DNA from: Anaerolineales bacterium
Lineage (GTDB): Bacteria > Chloroflexota > Anaerolineae > Anaerolineales > UBA11579
Assembly: GCA_040902205.1 (NCBI GenBank)
Contig: JBBDXR010000034.1
Coordinates: forward strand, 2,859-66,858
DNA length: 64,000 nucleotides
Direction of reading: 5' to 3'
Shown here: positions 10,141 to 19,080 of the stretch, piece after piece
How positions within the stretch are numbered: the stretch's first letter is position 1
Layout: each line of letters opens with the position of its first letter
Translations under genes and position numbers: made by a program
Notes under the pieces: generated by a model
What the model saw: the letters and a program-made list of their open reading frames with translations, nothing else
Database searches by the model: none
What the model was told of the DNA's origin: nothing

Positions 10141-10959
10141 TTAGAGGTATAGGGGCTTCTTTCGTTGGGCAGACGATTTCTGGCAGACGTACATGAGCAT
10201 GTGGCCCATGTGGTGCTCGGCCCAGCCCCAGTTCATCAGAAAGCGTTGCAACCGGCGGCCAAGTTCGGGGGTCTTGAAGAAGCGAGTGAGGAAGGGCAAC
10301 TCATCTTTCACGCCCTTGTACCCGCCATATTGATGGTGGGCGATCACGCTGAAGCCGGCTCGCTGCAAGTATTCATCGAACTCAACGGGAGAGTAAGCGT
10401 ATTGGTAAAAAGCCAGGTCCGCAGGTGGAGTCCTGCCAAAGAAACCCAGGCTCATTTTCAAGCGACGTAAACCATTTAGGAAAGGTATTGAGATCAAGGC
10501 TACGCCACCCGTGCCAAGCATGCGATTGGCCTCGGATAGAAAGGGTTCCGGCCCTTCCTGGCGGTGTTCCATTACGCCCAGGGAAATGTATCCCTGGTAA
10601 TAACCGTCCGGCACGTCAAGCTGGGTCACATCACCCCAGCGGAAAGGCTGATCAGGAAAGCGCTGCCTCAGCGCTTCGACCGTTTTCCGGCCGTAGTCCA
10701 CGCCATCGACGGTGTAGCCGCGAGCGCGCAAGGCGATCACGAATTGACCGAGCCCGCTGCCGGCTTCGATGATGCGCCCTTCCTTCGGGAGATACTTTGG
10801 AAATATGTCTTCGTAATAGCCCAATTCCCCTCGCGCCGCCTGCTCGTAAAGCTGCTGGCTGTCCTGTCCCGACCAGACCTCATCCCAGTATTCGGCGCTC
10901 GCGGCTTGGCGAAAATATGCCAAGCGCTTACCAATAACGACTCGCTTTATTTCTGCCAT
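10141..10959 (-). CDS. class I SAM-dependent methyltransferase
   Basis: 272 aa with motif I IIEAGSGLGQF and a downstream LGVMEH. Confidence 0.8.
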   Translation of the reverse strand: MAEIKRVVIGKRLAYFRQAASAEYWDEVWSGQDSQQLYEQAARGELGYYEDIFPKYLPKEGRIIEAGSGLGQFVIALRARGYTVDGVDYGRKTVEALRQRFPDQPFRWGDVTQLDVPDGYYQGYISLGVMEHRQEGPEPFLSEANRMLGTGGVALISIPFLNGLRRLKMSLGFFGRTPPADLAFYQYAYSPVEFDEYLQRAGFSVIAHHQYGGYKGVKDELPFLTRFFKTPELGRRLQRFLMNWGWAEHHMGHMLMYVCQKSSAQRKKPLYL

Positions 10960-11108
10960 GCGTCCTTAAGATGCCCAGTGGGCTTATCCGACATTTTACC
11001 TGTAACCCCGTACGCGCCTGCCCGATCAGCGCTGCCGATGCTGATCGTTAAACGCAGAATGTCTGGCCGAGCGATTCAGGATGACGGGAAGATTATTTGA
11101 TGCCAGGC

Positions 11109-11777
11109 CTAGTTGGCCCAGGGATGCGCGCAATTCAAAGCGAAGCCCGATTGCGTCCAGTCATCCCAGCGCGTGATCAGCTCGAACGGGCTGATGGACG
11201 GATCCAGGTGGGCAGGCACTAACGCTAGCAATTGGTCGAGGGCACCCGGACCGGCCGCGGCGATTGCCGCTGCGGAGTTGCAGACATTATTCAGGATCTG
11301 CACTTGTTCGTATAAAGCGCGTTGGGGCTCGATCCAGGTATCAGAGGTCAACGAGGCGCTGCTTCCGCTCAGGCCTTGGAGAACGCCGAGCGCGGCCTCG
11401 TCGATCCAAAAGACCTCATCCCACCACGCGCCTTGAGTGCGCAGGGGTGGCAGCGCATTCACATCATCGAAATTGCCGCTGGGCAAATAGAAAGCCGCAT
11501 GGGGTTTGGCGTATACGCTTTCGGTTTCGTCCAAGGGCACTGGATAAACGGGCATCCAATTCCAGGTAGCGCTATCCTCAGTCCTGGCTGCCAGCCAGAT
11601 CCCCTCAAGGGTGGGGTGTTCCGCCCCCAGGTCATCCACCAGCACGAAGAGGTAGTTGTGCTGCCCGCTCTCGCCAGCGGGAGCGGCGATGGCCTGCCCC
11701 AGACTGCCCAGGAAAAGGCCGGTCACCAGGCCGAGGCCGAGGAAACTAAGGAACAGCAAACGCGGCGTGATGGCCAT
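11109..11777 (-). CDS. hypothetical membrane-anchored/secreted protein
   Basis: 222 aa with an N-terminal hydrophobic segment. Last gene of the tightly spaced ftsZ operon. Confidence 0.6.
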   Translation of the reverse strand: MAITPRLLFLSFLGLGLVTGLFLGSLGQAIAAPAGESGQHNYLFVLVDDLGAEHPTLEGIWLAARTEDSATWNWMPVYPVPLDETESVYAKPHAAFYLPSGNFDDVNALPPLRTQGAWWDEVFWIDEAALGVLQGLSGSSASLTSDTWIEPQRALYEQVQILNNVCNSAAAIAAAGPGALDQLLALVPAHLDPSISPFELITRWDDWTQSGFALNCAHPWAN

Positions 11778-11780
11778 GGC

Positions 11781-12002
11781 TTAGAGCAGCCACCAGGCCA
11801 GGCCGATGCCCAGCACGAGGCCGAGAGCCCATCCACTAACCGCGATCACCCAACCCTGCGGAAGGAAAGCCATGGCGGGCTGCGCTTCGACCAGGGTCTT
11901 GGCCTGGATCAGGCCGTGGCTCAACGGACGAGCGGTGCTTAGGATGCGCACCACCGTCTGCCAGAAACTTAATTCGATCCATTCGCCAAAGCGGGCAACC
12001 AT
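11781..12002 (-). CDS. hypothetical small protein with C-terminal TM segment
   Basis: 73 aa with a C-terminal WVIAVSGWALGLVLGIGLAWWLL. GAGG lies upstream, and the start is 2 nt after the preceding stop. Confidence 0.5.
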   Translation of the reverse strand: MVARFGEWIELSFWQTVVRILSTARPLSHGLIQAKTLVEAQPAMAFLPQGWVIAVSGWALGLVLGIGLAWWLL

Positions 12003-12004
12003 GT

Positions 12005-12244
12005 TTACCTCGAGGTGGTGATCTTCAGGATGTGGCCGTTATCATCGGCCACCACGCGCACCATGCGGTTGAAACTCACCCCGCCGGATTGCGGCACGCG
12101 ACCTTTGAACGTGATCAGGTAAGTGGGGTTGGCCCCAGACCCTTTGGCGCCGGCCTGCAACTTCACACTGGGTTCGGCGTCTGCCACTTCAGGAAATTGA
12201 CGGCCGATTTGTTGCGAAATGCCCTGGATGGTCTTTGCATCCAT
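12005..12244 (-). CDS. hypothetical small soluble protein
   Basis: 79 aa with AAGGAG 6 nt upstream of the ATG. Starts 8 nt after the ftsZ stop. Confidence 0.65.
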   Translation of the reverse strand: MDAKTIQGISQQIGRQFPEVADAEPSVKLQAGAKGSGANPTYLITFKGRVPQSGGVSFNRMVRVVADDNGHILKITTSR

Positions 12245-12252
12245 CTTGCTCC

Positions 12253-13434
12253 TTACGCTCGCGCGCTTGCAGGTACGTTCACACGCGCCCGTTTGCGCAG
12301 GAAGGCGGGCACGTCCAGGTCGTTCAATATGTCCACGGCCAATACTTCACGGCTTTCCTCGACCACGGGAGGCAGGCTTGGTTTCGTGTCCGGCAGAGCC
12401 TCTAAGCCCTCTGCTTGAGTATGGATCGCCTCTACGCCTTGCATCACGTCGGCTAGTGATTTGGCGCCCAGCCCGGTAACGATCAGGATCACTTGGGCGC
12501 GCTCGCGCATGCGGTCGTCCTGCGAAAGACCCATCACTACATCGACGTCCTCGCTGATCAGGCCGCGGATGTGGCCGATAGCTTCGCCGACTTCATAAAG
12601 GCTCAGGTCTTCGCCGCCGCTGAAATTAGCGATCACGCCCTTGGCGTCTGCGAGAGAAATGCTTTCCAACAAAGGATGCTTGAGCGCTTGTTCGATGGCC
12701 TCGACAACTTTGCCCTCGCCGGTGCCATGGCCGATAGCCATCAACGCGCCACCGCCGCGCTTCATCAGGTTTCGCACGTGGGCGAAATCGACGTTGATCA
12801 GACCCGGTTGGGTCACCAACTCGGCGATACCTTGCACCGCCTGGCGCAATACGTCATCGGCCAAGCGGAAGGCCGTTTCCAGGGGGAGGTTTTGGGGAGC
12901 GACGAAAAGCAGCCGATCGTTGGGGATCGCAATAAGTGTGTCAGTTTTGGGCTGCAGGCGCGCTAACCCCTCTTGCGCGTTCTTTTGGCGGCGGCCCATC
13001 TCGAAGCTGAACGGCGTGGTCACCACCGCAATGGTGACAGCGCCTAAGGAGCGTGCCACCTCGCCGGCCAGCGCGATGGCGCCGGTGCCGGTGCCGCCAC
13101 CCATGCCCGCGGTGAGGAATACCATATCGGCGCCGCGCAGCGCATTTTCAATGTCTTTGCGGCTTTCGCGGGCGGCCTGATAGCCGACCTCGTGGACGCC
13201 GCCGGCCCCCAGGCCGCGGGTGAGCTGCGGCCCAAGCTGGATCTTCACCGGCGCCTGGCTGCTCTGGAGCACCTGGTAATCGGTGTTGGCGGCAATGAAT
13301 TCGACCCCGGGAATGCCGAGTTCGATCATGCGGTCCACGGCATTACTGCCACCTCCGCCCAGACCCATCACTTTGATGACCGGTCCGCGCAGCACTTGCT
13401 CTTTGTTGGTTTGGCTAGGTTTCGTATCTTCCAT
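12253..13434 (-). CDS. ftsZ: cell division protein FtsZ
   Basis: 393 aa with the tubulin signature GGGTGTG and the C-terminal peptide DLDVPAFLRK. Confidence 0.97.
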   Translation of the reverse strand: MEDTKPSQTNKEQVLRGPVIKVMGLGGGGSNAVDRMIELGIPGVEFIAANTDYQVLQSSQAPVKIQLGPQLTRGLGAGGVHEVGYQAARESRKDIENALRGADMVFLTAGMGGGTGTGAIALAGEVARSLGAVTIAVVTTPFSFEMGRRQKNAQEGLARLQPKTDTLIAIPNDRLLFVAPQNLPLETAFRLADDVLRQAVQGIAELVTQPGLINVDFAHVRNLMKRGGGALMAIGHGTGEGKVVEAIEQALKHPLLESISLADAKGVIANFSGGEDLSLYEVGEAIGHIRGLISEDVDVVMGLSQDDRMRERAQVILIVTGLGAKSLADVMQGVEAIHTQAEGLEALPDTKPSLPPVVEESREVLAVDILNDLDVPAFLRKRARVNVPASARA

Positions 13435-13445
13435 GGCGAGATCCT

Positions 13446-14930
13446 TTACGCTCCGGCAAGTTCCAGGTGTTCCACGGTGCAGCCAGCTTGGATTAGATTG
13501 CGCAGCAGTTCATTAGAAAAAGCGTCCAGCCCCCCAGCCAACGTGACGCGGGCGGCCTGTGCGGCTTCGGCTTCCGAGGTGCCAACAGTGGCCCGGCTGG
13601 TTTGCAGGAAGGAGCGTACGGCATCCATCGGCCATTCCTGCGCGGCGGGCAACAGCAAATAATGCTTGATCGCCCGTTCGGTGTCGATGGCATACCTGCG
13701 CGGCGCGCTGAAGGTTTTCTTTGGCGCGACCGCCGGGGTCCGCCAGGCGATCCATTCCTCGCCAACCTTAGTGGGCTTGCCGTTGATCTTGAAAAAGGCG
13801 GAATGGGCCGCGGGGCTGGCTGGGTCGGCTGCCAGTAACCACAAATTGCACGCCAATACATTGGTCGGCACGGCGTTGTTCTTTTCGGAGGATGCTTCGC
13901 GTTCGAGTGTTTCGGCCATGTTGATGGCGCGCTTTCCGGCCTGGGCATCCAGCGATTTTCCGCTTTCGGCTTGGACGCCGGCAGCCAGGATGATGATGGG
14001 CAGCTCTTTGCCCAAGGCGGCGCGCGAAATGGCGTTGTACCAATCGAAAATGCGGAAGCCGCGCTGGTCTTCGCTTCCATCCGGCGTGTGGTAAGGCAGA
14101 GTGGCAGGCCAGGACTCCGGGCCGCCGGCACCCCAGGTCATCGAGTTATCCCCGGTCCAGGCGTAAGCGCCAAGGGCCAGGCTCTCTAATAGCAAACCTT
14201 CGCCGCGTTCAGAAAGCGTTTCGAGCGCGGAGCGCAGGAAGGCCGTGTCCCAGTAATCGCCGCCAGGCTCCAGCGCGGGGAAGACGGGTAAGAGCCCGGC
14301 TTCGAGGGCGGAAATTGCCATGGGAACGAAGTAGTCGAGGAAGCGAGCAACGAGCCCGCGCTGTGTCCAGGCCGTGCCGGGCCATTGGGCGCGCAAGTTA
14401 GGGCGATCGAAAAGGGCGACGTAGCGCACGCCCCAAGAGGCGTAGGCGCGAAACATGGGGGCAAAGTCCTCGGCCTCATGCGCTTCGGTCAGCGGCAGGT
14501 CCAGATGAACCACCGGTTGTATACCGGCGTCGATTAGCGCGCTGATGAACTCGTTGGGAATAGCGCGGTCCAGCGGGGCGGGCAGGGTAACCCAATTCAC
14601 GCCGAGGCTTTGCATGACGGGCATCCAGCGGTCGAGATCGGCCTGGCTGTAGTGTTTGATATCCGCGAAATAGTGGATGCCCAGCCGCTTTTGCGGATCG
14701 ACTGGCAGGGGATCCGAAGCAGGTTGCGCGTCCATCTCCTCAGAGAGTGGATTGGGCTCATCAGGCGCGGCCAGTTCACCCGCGGCCGCAGCCGTCTCAA
14801 TCTCCGTGGGGACATCGGACGCGGTCAGATCCGCATTGCCGACATTCGCATCGGGGGCTTGTTCCGGGTGCAGCCTAAAATACTCGGCCAGTGAATCTGC
14901 GTTATTCGGGAAGGTCGTTTTGTCTTGCAT
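13446..14930 (-). CDS. hypothetical protein, possibly glycoside-hydrolase-like TIM barrel
   Basis: 494 aa with AGGAGC upstream of the ATG. Stops 11 nt before the ftsZ start. The domain assignment is only an impression from the sequence pattern. Confidence 0.7.
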   Translation of the reverse strand: MQDKTTFPNNADSLAEYFRLHPEQAPDANVGNADLTASDVPTEIETAAAAGELAAPDEPNPLSEEMDAQPASDPLPVDPQKRLGIHYFADIKHYSQADLDRWMPVMQSLGVNWVTLPAPLDRAIPNEFISALIDAGIQPVVHLDLPLTEAHEAEDFAPMFRAYASWGVRYVALFDRPNLRAQWPGTAWTQRGLVARFLDYFVPMAISALEAGLLPVFPALEPGGDYWDTAFLRSALETLSERGEGLLLESLALGAYAWTGDNSMTWGAGGPESWPATLPYHTPDGSEDQRGFRIFDWYNAISRAALGKELPIIILAAGVQAESGKSLDAQAGKRAINMAETLEREASSEKNNAVPTNVLACNLWLLAADPASPAAHSAFFKINGKPTKVGEEWIAWRTPAVAPKKTFSAPRRYAIDTERAIKHYLLLPAAQEWPMDAVRSFLQTSRATVGTSEAEAAQAARVTLAGGLDAFSNELLRNLIQAGCTVEHLELAGA

Positions 14931-15308
14931 GATGGCTCCTTGCGGCTACTTGGATGCAAGACACATGCCAGCCCCGCTTCAGGGCGAGGCTGGCTAGGAG
15001 GGCGGCCGGTGGAGCAGCCGGGCTAATCAGTTTGTGGGACTAAGCCCCCAACAGTGGGGACCCGTAATTATGTAAATGCCTTTCGCCAGCCACCATCGGG
15101 TCGAACCTTCTGGGGGTCGCTTTGCGCTTCAAGCGAAAGGCGTGAACCTTGAATTTGGGTATTCTGCATCTTTGTTCGAGGCCAGTTTAGCCAGGCGCGT
15201 TTAAGGGCTGATAAAGGTCCTGGGAAGGTTCAGTTAACGTTTTGCGCCAGAAGCATCTCCCCTTGGCATTCTTGCGCTTGTGGGAAAGCCCTATGGTAAA
15301 ACCGAGTC

Positions 15309-16265
15309 ATGATCCTGGTAACGGGAGGCGCAGGCTTCATCGGCCAACGGCTCGTCCAACGCCTCGTCGACGAAGGCCATAGCGTGCGCATCCTTATCCG
15401 CCCGTCCGCCTCCAGCCCCCGGCTGCCGCAAGGCCTGTCGGTGCAAGCTGCCATCAGCAGCTTGGCTGACCCGCGCGGGTTGCGCGCCGCCCTGGTTGGC
15501 GTCGACGCCATCTACCACCTGGCGGCCGTTGACTGGCTGGATCCCGCCGCTAATTTCCGTGCGACGGAGACCGAAGGCACCCGCAATCTGCTGGATGCCG
15601 CCCAGGATGCCGGAGTCGGTCGCTTCGTGTTTGTGAGCCACCTCGGCGCGGACCGGGCGGCGGCCTTTGCGGCCCTTAAGGCCAAGGGCATCGCTGAAGA
15701 GTTCGTGCGCCAGAGCCCCTTGGCTTTTACCATTCTGCGCTCCGGCCTGGTCTTTGGCCCAAGGGACCACTTCACCACCGGGCTGGCAAAGCTCCTCGCT
15801 TTTGCGCGCGTCTTCGCTTTGCCATTGGATGGGCGAATCCTCATGCAGCCTCTTTGGATCGAAGACTTGGTCTCTTGCCTCACGTGGTGTATGGCTGGGG
15901 AGGAAACGGTGGGACAGACCATTGAAGTGGGTGGCCCGGAGCATATAAGCCTGCGCCGCGTATGTGAAATGATCCGGGACAAAGCGGGCTTGGACACACG
16001 TATGATCTCCGGCCGTCCCTCTTATTTGCGTTTGCTGGTGAGCCTGCTGAAAGCGGTCAAGCCGCGTTTGCCAGTTTCGAATTACTGGCTCGATTATTTT
16101 GCAGCCAACCGTATCTGTGAGTTGGATACGCTGCCGCGCGCGTTCCACTTATTGCCGGCGCGCTTCTCGCAGAAGACCGAATACCTGGCCGGCGTCGATT
16201 GGCGCCAGATCCTGCGCACGGAAATGGCCGCGCCGCTACTGCGGCCAACCTTGCAAATTGAATAG
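15309..16265 (+). CDS. NAD(P)-binding Rossmann protein (NmrA/epimerase-like)
   Basis: 318 aa with the N-terminus MILVTGGAGFIGQRLV. Confidence 0.85.
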   Translation: MILVTGGAGFIGQRLVQRLVDEGHSVRILIRPSASSPRLPQGLSVQAAISSLADPRGLRAALVGVDAIYHLAAVDWLDPAANFRATETEGTRNLLDAAQDAGVGRFVFVSHLGADRAAAFAALKAKGIAEEFVRQSPLAFTILRSGLVFGPRDHFTTGLAKLLAFARVFALPLDGRILMQPLWIEDLVSCLTWCMAGEETVGQTIEVGGPEHISLRRVCEMIRDKAGLDTRMISGRPSYLRLLVSLLKAVKPRLPVSNYWLDYFAANRICELDTLPRAFHLLPARFSQKTEYLAGVDWRQILRTEMAAPLLRPTLQIE

Positions 16266-16323
16266 GTTCTGTAGTGGCGGCTGGTTAAGCGCTCTTATAT
16301 ACTCCTGCCAGCATCGGTACTGA

Positions 16324-16959
16324 ATGAAAACCTACGACGTTTCACTCACCATCTCCCCGGAGATGCCGGTTTGGCCAGGGGATGGCGGCATCCAGATCCA
16401 GCGCATCGAAAAAATTGAGGGAGGGGCGCCGGCTAATGTCTCGCGTATGCAAATGGGCGTGCATACCGGCACGCACGTGGACGCGCCCTATCATTTCCTC
16501 AAAGATGGCCTCACCGTAGAAAGTCTGCCGCTCAAGATCCTGGTGGGCCGCGCCTATGTCATCCATTTACGCGATGATGTCGACCTGATCACCCCCGAAG
16601 TTCTCGAAGCCGCCGGCATTCCGCCGCGCACACGGCGTGTGCTGATCCGCACGCGCAATTCCAAGCAGTGGTCTAAGGGCTACCGCGCCTTCCAGGAGGA
16701 TTTCGTCGGCGTGGACGTGAAAGCTGCCGAATACCTGGTGAAACGTGGCGTAAAGCTGATCGGCGTGGATTACTTATCCGTGGCCCCATTCGGAAATGCG
16801 ACCCCAACGCACGTCACCCTGCTGAAGGCAGGCGTAGTGATCGTGGAAGGGCTCAACCTGTCGCAGGTCACCAAAGGGCGCTACAATTTTTTCTGCCTGC
16901 CGCTTAAGCTAAATGGCAGCGATGGTGCGCCGGCGCGCGCTATCCTAGTCGGCGTCTAG
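16324..16959 (+). CDS. cyclase-family protein (kynurenine formamidase-like)
   Basis: 211 aa with the motif HTGTHVDAPYHF. Confidence 0.85.
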   Translation: MKTYDVSLTISPEMPVWPGDGGIQIQRIEKIEGGAPANVSRMQMGVHTGTHVDAPYHFLKDGLTVESLPLKILVGRAYVIHLRDDVDLITPEVLEAAGIPPRTRRVLIRTRNSKQWSKGYRAFQEDFVGVDVKAAEYLVKRGVKLIGVDYLSVAPFGNATPTHVTLLKAGVVIVEGLNLSQVTKGRYNFFCLPLKLNGSDGAPARAILVGV

Positions 16960-16976
16960 GTCAATCCGAGGGAATA

Positions 16977-17450
16977 GTGATCAGCATACGTGCGGCGACC
17001 CCGGCTGACTCCGGGGACATTGCCCGCGCCCACGTCGATAGCTGGAGGAGCACCTATAAGGGCTTGATGCCCAGTGAGTTCCTGGTCTCTTTGTCCCCCG
17101 AAAGGCGTTCTGTTCAGTGGAGCGCGGCGCTGGAAAACCCAGATCGCAATTGCATATTTGTTGCTGAGCATAAGGAAGTTGGTCTTGTTGGCTTCGTCGA
17201 TTGCGGGCCTGAGCGCGGGGGATGGAAGGAATATTCAGGGGAGATATATGCCATATACCTGTTAGAAAAGTATCAGGGTAAGGGAATTGGAAGAAGGCTA
17301 TTCAATCAGGCGGTGAAGGAACTGAAACGGCGGAACCATCAGAGCATGCTGCTTTGGGTACTGGTCGATAATCCTTCGCGTGGGTTCTATGAGCATGTGG
17401 GAGGAAAAGAGATAGGTCAAAAAGAAATTGAGATCGGGGGGAAAAGTTAG
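16977..17450 (+). CDS. GNAT family N-acetyltransferase (3' end probably frameshifted, see findings)
   Basis: 157 aa with the GNAT core YQGKGIGRRLF. A conserved-looking C-terminus continues in another frame to 17482. Confidence 0.8.
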   Translation: MISIRAATPADSGDIARAHVDSWRSTYKGLMPSEFLVSLSPERRSVQWSAALENPDRNCIFVAEHKEVGLVGFVDCGPERGGWKEYSGEIYAIYLLEKYQGKGIGRRLFNQAVKELKRRNHQSMLLWVLVDNPSRGFYEHVGGKEIGQKEIEIGGKS

Positions 17451-17626
17451 TAGAAGTGGCCTATGGTTGGAAGCAGCTATAAGATATGTGTTTTATCATG
17501 GGCATGCTCATGTCTGCCCGTTCCAGATTCTCGAGACTGAAATTGCACGCATCGGCAACCGCTGCCGCCAGCCCGGTGCGCCACCGTTCCCCAATAATTT
17601 CTCCCAACAAGGGTATTGGTGCCTGA

Positions 17627-18199
17627 ATGTCGTCATCTTCGCTTCGCGTTGTGGAACCAGGTGACGTAGAGGGGATCCTGGAGATCTATGCTCCCATTGT
17701 TCGCGAGACGGTGATCTCGTTTGAACTGGAACCTCCCAACCGCATGGAGATGCAGGATCGGATCGCAGACACGCTGCTCAAATACCCATGGCTGGTTGCG
17801 GAAGGCGACGGCCGCATCTTGGCTTATGCCTATGCCAGCGACCATCGCGACCGCTGGGCCTATCATTGGGCCGCCAATGTGTCCGTGTACGTGCACCCCG
17901 CCGCCCGTCGCCGGGGTCTGGCCCGGCGACTTTACGCAGCCCTGCTTGCCCTGCTGCGTGCCCAGGGTTACTACAACGTGTATGCCGGCATTGCGCTGCC
18001 CAATGAAGGCAGCGTCGGCTTGCATGAATCGATGGGCTTTCGACGGGTAGCTTTGTATATGAAGGTCGGCTTCAAGTTAGGCGAGTGGCGCGATGTTGGC
18101 TGGTGGGAACTTGCCTTGGGCGAGCATCCGGCTGAGCCCCCGCCGCCGCGTAGCTTTGCCGGCCTGGCGAAAGCAGAAACCGATTCGTGCTTGGGCTAA
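17627..18199 (+). CDS. GNAT acetyltransferase, phosphinothricin-acetyltransferase-like
   Basis: 190 aa with a PAT-family pattern (ISFELEPP, RRRGLARRLY, GSVGLHESMGF). Confidence 0.85.
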   Translation: MSSSSLRVVEPGDVEGILEIYAPIVRETVISFELEPPNRMEMQDRIADTLLKYPWLVAEGDGRILAYAYASDHRDRWAYHWAANVSVYVHPAARRRGLARRLYAALLALLRAQGYYNVYAGIALPNEGSVGLHESMGFRRVALYMKVGFKLGEWRDVGWWELALGEHPAEPPPPRSFAGLAKAETDSCLG

Positions 18200-18627
18200 G
18201 TTCCGCGCTTAAGGTTTTTGAATAAGCTTCGGTCGAATTGACCCAGATTTCCCGGACCCAGCTTGCCGGCGGCGGCCACTGCTGCGGCCACGTCTACGCG
18301 CAGTTGCGCAACGTCGATCCCCCGGCAGGTATCCGGCCAGGGGCGCAGCCACTTCTTGCAGCGTTCGAACATCTTGGCCATACCGATGAAGTTGTTGCGC
18401 TCGATCTGCAGGTAGACGATACCCGCTTGCAGGATGCCCTGGTACAAGTGCCGGGCAGGGCCGGTTTCGGCCCGCCAGGCGGCCTCCAGGGCCTCGTGGG
18501 CCTCCCAATAATGCCCACTGTCGAATAGCTCGATGCCCTTTATGGCCATAGGATCTAGCTCGCCCTGGCAGGCGGTAGGGATCTGCTCGGGCGTGACGAA
18601 GATCTCGTCTGGGTTGCGCACGGCCAT
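18196..18627 (-). CDS. DUF309 domain protein
   Basis: 143 aa with FDSGHYWEAHEALEAAWR, the DUF309 signature. Confidence 0.8.
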   Translation of the reverse strand: MAVRNPDEIFVTPEQIPTACQGELDPMAIKGIELFDSGHYWEAHEALEAAWRAETGPARHLYQGILQAGIVYLQIERNNFIGMAKMFERCKKWLRPWPDTCRGIDVAQLRVDVAAAVAAAGKLGPGNLGQFDRSLFKNLKRGT

Positions 18628-18697
18628 GCAATGAGTATATCCGGCAAGAAAAGAGGCGCAGGGAACTACGCCCCTTTTTCTTTGGAGAAGGTTGCCC

Positions 18698-19066
18698 TTA
18701 CTCGATGAAGACCTCTACATGGTCTCCACCATCCTCGTTGGTCACATCGATGACCTTGCCGGTCATGCCGCTGCGAATAGCTTCCATCAGGTCCACCTCG
18801 GCCACGCCGGGCACATACTTGGCGGCGATGCCAATTCCGGCGCTGACCATGGAGAGCGGCAGATTCACACTGACCTTGGAGCGGCCGCTGAAGCTGTCGG
18901 TCACACGGATGCGCACGTAGCGCCCATCGTCCACAGGCGCGGAACCGCGCGGGGCGCGGCTCGCGCCGCGGGTCAGGGCTTCCAGAAGCTTGGCGCCATC
19001 CGCCGGGCTGATCTTGCCATCCTGGATCATCTGCAATATTTTCAATCGTTCTTCGCTGGTTGCCAT
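18698..19066 (-). CDS. hypothetical protein, SHOCT-like N-terminal helix plus beta-rich domain
   Basis: 122 aa. The N-terminus SEERLKILQMIQDGKISPADGAKLLEAL and the C-terminal domain are paralogous to the C-terminus of the 19081-19785 product. Confidence 0.7.
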   Translation of the reverse strand: MATSEERLKILQMIQDGKISPADGAKLLEALTRGASRAPRGSAPVDDGRYVRIRVTDSFSGRSKVSVNLPLSMVSAGIGIAAKYVPGVAEVDLMEAIRSGMTGKVIDVTNEDGGDHVEVFIE

Positions 19067-19080
19067 TTTTCCTCTGCCTG

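Noticed and set aside
15100-15150. CGCAAAGC element reminiscent of a c-di-GMP-I riboswitch
   Set aside because: Only one short conserved segment matches. The partner GGCAAACC and tetraloop-receptor features were not found by eye.
15200-15240. AGGTCCTGGGAAGGTTCAG resembling the SRP RNA domain IV motif
   Set aside because: The conserved AGCA/GGAA asymmetric-loop context and a complementary strand are missing. The resemblance is superficial.
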